Assembly (NCBI RefSeq): GCF_009914755.1
Contig: NC_060934.1
Length of the DNA: 64,000 bases
Source of the DNA: the human T2T-CHM13v2.0 reference genome, Homo sapiens
Reading direction: 5' to 3' (one strand)
Part shown: positions 61,986-64,000 of the stretch, one piece after another
Numbering within the stretch: the stretch's first letter is position 1
Layout of the letters: each line of letters begins with the position of its first letter
Notes under the pieces: generated by a model
What the model saw: only the letters and a program-made list of their open reading frames with translations
Database searches by the model: none
Told to the model about the DNA's origin: nothing
Program-made: the position numbers and the translations under genes

Positions 61986-63018
61986 TGCCTCTTTTCTACC
62001 GAAGAGAAATAGACCAATTTATTTGCAAAAAAAGTTTTAGAGTTATTATACTTGGCCTGATTTATTTGCATAAAGTGCAGCAAGAGTAGTGATTGGTCAT
62101 ATAGACTAGTTGGCTTTGCCTGAAACTTTTTCGTTAGAAATTTTGGATTAGACTTTTGGAAACTTCTCAAGTCTAAGAAGTCAAGCCAGGGATTAACCAT
62201 CAGCCTGTGCCTGTAATACTTTCACAGTTTGGTGAATTCTTCTCTTCTTGAAGTCCCAAAATATTTTGATATTCCTGAAACTCTCAGAAAGTGACATTCT
62301 TTACATACCGCAAGTCAGGATTCTTGTAAGGGAACAGTATAGACAACTTATTAGGTCAAGTCTTTCCAAGGGGCTTTTTATTGGCTCTATAAAGTCAACC
62401 TTAATTCCTCAAAGTAGTTTGATCATATGCTGTTCCAGTTAAACCTTGGTACAATAACCAGTGTCTCCAATGCGTCCTCTTACAAAACAAAGAAAATATT
62501 GCACTTATACAAACAACTATATTGTCATAAATGTCATAAAATAAGAATATTCACAAATAGTTCCCAAATTCTGGAGAAAATCAGGTAAAGAGGAAGGTAA
62601 ATGTTTCACTTTTCCCCACAAAAGTATACTTTACCTAATTGCTATGAGCTATAAATGGCTCAAAAAAAATGTGGACTCTGGCAAAACAAATATGAGAAGA
62701 ATCAACAATGTTTCAAACAAAAAGTGATTAAAAAATCATTTCAGTCCTCTATCAGTTCAGTCCCATGTAATTAATTCCTGTTCTGTTTCATGTTGGCTTA
62801 GCAATCTTCATTAACACATCAGTTTTTTATTCGAATTTTGGAAATTTTTACCTAGTCCAATGGTATCATCTCCATAGTTATCTGAAACCTGTATTCAAGA
62901 ATACTTGAATATGGTACAAACTCGTATTCAAAGTCCTTTCCACGAATTTCTTTGAAGACACACATTTTAGGATTTGGAGGGAAACAAAGCTCTTAAAAAA
63001 AAAAAAAAAAAAAAAACA

Positions 63019-63402
<384 letters not shown>

Positions 63403-63506
63403 TCAAAGAAAGCTGAACACTATTTCTTGTCTGACAGTGCTTTCCATGTTTGAAATTTGATTTGGGGGAACTGTATCAGATATCAAAGGTTTAAAACACT
63501 AGATAT

Positions 63507-63810
63507 GGCCGGGCGTGGTGGCTGACACCTGTAATCCCAGCACTTTGGGAGGCTGAGGCAGGCAGATCACCTGAGGTCAGGGGTTCGAGACCAGCCTAGC
63601 TAACATGGTGAAACCCCATATCTACTAAAAGTACAAAAAAATTAGCCGGGCGTGGTGGCATGCACCTGAATGTGAGCTACTTGGGAGGCTGAGGCAAGAG
63701 AATCACTTGAACCCAGGAGGAGGAGGTTGCAGTGAGCCAAGATCACGCCAGTGCGCTCCAGCATGGGCGACAGAGCAGGGCTCCCATCTAAAAAAAATAA
63801 ATAAATAAAT
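63507..63810 (+). mobile_element. Alu (AluSx-like)
   Basis: ggccgggcgtggtggc...gatcacctgaggtcagg; A/(TAAA) tail. Confidence 0.95.
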
Positions 63811-64000
63811 GTAAATTAAACAGATATCAAGATAAGAAAGGTTTGAAATGCTCAGTGTTAAAATAGGATCACAGGTCATTGTAAAACAGTCATTTAAACA
63901 AAGTGATAAGTCAGTGATTTTTAAAAAGTCAAAACCTGTGCTCTTTGATTAGCAGGAGACTCCATCAAAGAGTAAGTTTGAGGAGACTGTATCAAAGAGT

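Overview
Primate (human-like) non-coding genomic DNA, AT-rich and dominated by interspersed repeats. It reads like the inside of a large intron or a gene-poor interval. I found no convincing host protein-coding exon, RNA gene or CpG island; nearly all listed ORFs are fragments of Alu, L1 or ERV sequence, or short random ORFs. Main contents: about 19 Alu-family SINEs, old L1M/L2/MIR fragments, three large primate L1s (a 5'-truncated L1PA16/PB-like copy, a twin-primed 5'-inverted L1PA7/8-like copy, and a near-full ORF1+ORF2 L1PA7/8-like copy), a solo LTR13, several MaLR/ERV1 LTRs, hAT and Tigger DNA transposon fossils, and a 4.6-kb HERV-IP/P71-like provirus (13586-18230, minus strand). The most unusual observation is in that provirus: gag-pro-RT is replaced by about 520 bp of GC-rich non-retroviral sequence shaped like an exon with its flanking intron, a candidate host-gene transduction. 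Second, the two L1PA copies 21 kb apart share many non-consensus substitutions, suggesting gene conversion or a common source element. All family and subfamily names come from recalled consensus sequences, not a database search; coordinates of old repeats are approximate.
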